Of a stretch of 9,405 nucleotides of DNA, positions 8,448 to 9,405 are shown piece after piece (the first letter of the stretch is position 1; every line of letters begins with the position of its first letter). Origin of the DNA: Selaginella moellendorffii (Eukaryota; Plantae; Lycopodiophyta); assembly GCF_000143415.4 (NCBI RefSeq), contig NW_003314609.1:1-9405 (forward strand), written 5' to 3'. The notes beneath the pieces are model-generated. The model did not search any database. It was not told the origin of the DNA and saw only the letters and a list, made by a program, of their open reading frames with translations. Both the position numbers and the translations under genes were made by a program.

Positions 8448-9028
8448 CGGGGCTGTCCAAGTGATGCCGAGATCAAGCTCGCTGTGTGTGCCAGCAAAAG
8501 AGAGCCTGAGGAGGACACAAACACCCGACTTGGAGCAGGGCTGAGACTGAAGACACGACTGTCCGCGAAGTTGATGCCTGTTTCTTCGCTGAGATCTCCA
8601 GCCAAGTGCTTCGCCAAGCTCTCCTCCAGCTCCAGATAGACACTACTTGTAGTTGCAAGCGGGCTTGGCGGCGAGCTGCGCGATCGGATCGCCCACGCCC
8701 CAGCGCTCGTTGTTCCATCGCCCTTGCCATTTCTTTGATTCGAAACTTCCGGACCTGTTCCAAGCGATTCTTTCATCATCGTTTCGGGATTTGAGGACTT
8801 ACGAGCTGGAAGATCGACAAAAGAAAGGGCAAAAGGAGGATAGGGTTCGATTTTACCTCTCAAAAGCCTCGACCACTGAGAAACGTACTTGGAGTAAGAG
8901 TTCGCACCCTTGGAGGCATGGAGGGCAATGAGATCACTCTTCTGAAGGCCATGGGTGTTTGCACTGTGCTGGGAGATTCTCTCCAAGGGCAAGTAAATCT
9001 GTGCTTGAATTCTTTCTAGTAGTTGAGT
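8366..9028 (-). pseudogene. Unidentified coding-like sequence, copy A (no clear start codon; exon or pseudogene)
   Basis: A 220-codon open frame whose N-terminal part shares collinear peptide and DNA motifs with 6920-7120. Family not recognised. Confidence 0.35.
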
Positions 9029-9405
9029 TTATATGTATGGAAAGTGTGGGCTCATTGAGATGCATTTGATTGAGCGGGATGAAACACGATGATCACTGTC
9101 TATGTGTCGCATGAGTGTGGTAAGCAAGCAATCCACCTCTATGCATACTTGTGTCTGGAAGGGTTCTTATTAGTTGAGCAATAGTCTTGAAGTGCAATTA
9201 TGTTTTAGTGGAGTTTTGAGCCTTGGACGATTGTCATTTAGCACATATACTTGGCATGGAAAGTTGCAATATACATTTCTGATAGAGCAAAATGCAGGCC
9301 TAAGATAAAAAAAGATCACCTTCTCATGGCTTTAGATGCTTGTTTTTCTCTTGAAGTTCTTTGAACTGCTAATCACATTCATAAGTTGTAGTTGGTTATG
9401 GGTTG

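Overview
This is eukaryotic scaffold DNA with a 105-nt N gap at 6038-6142; a non-seed land plant host is plausible but is an inference. Positions 1-5248 hold a decayed Ty3/Gypsy chromovirus LTR retrotransposon on the minus strand, Tcn1/Tf1-sushi-like. It has a 387-bp 5' LTR (4862-5248), gag (4762->3791) and pol (PR-RT-RNaseH-IN-chromodomain, ~3812->39). There are five premature stops and no mutational frameshifts. The 3' LTR lies beyond position 1. Two cis-acting RNA signals survive. First, a self-priming arrangement: the predicted transcript 5' end, 30 nt below the TATA box, is complementary over 15 nt to the primer-binding site, and no tRNA-type PBS is present. Second, a -1 ribosomal frameshift cassette (G_GGA_AAC, 6-nt spacer, 9-bp stem, possible pseudoknot) joins gag to pol. 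To the right lie an AT-rich spacer, the gap, a very degenerate Ty1/Copia-like pol relic (+ strand), two degenerate tRNA-like Pol III A/B-box units, and two diverged copies of an unidentified minus-strand coding sequence about 1.9 kb apart.
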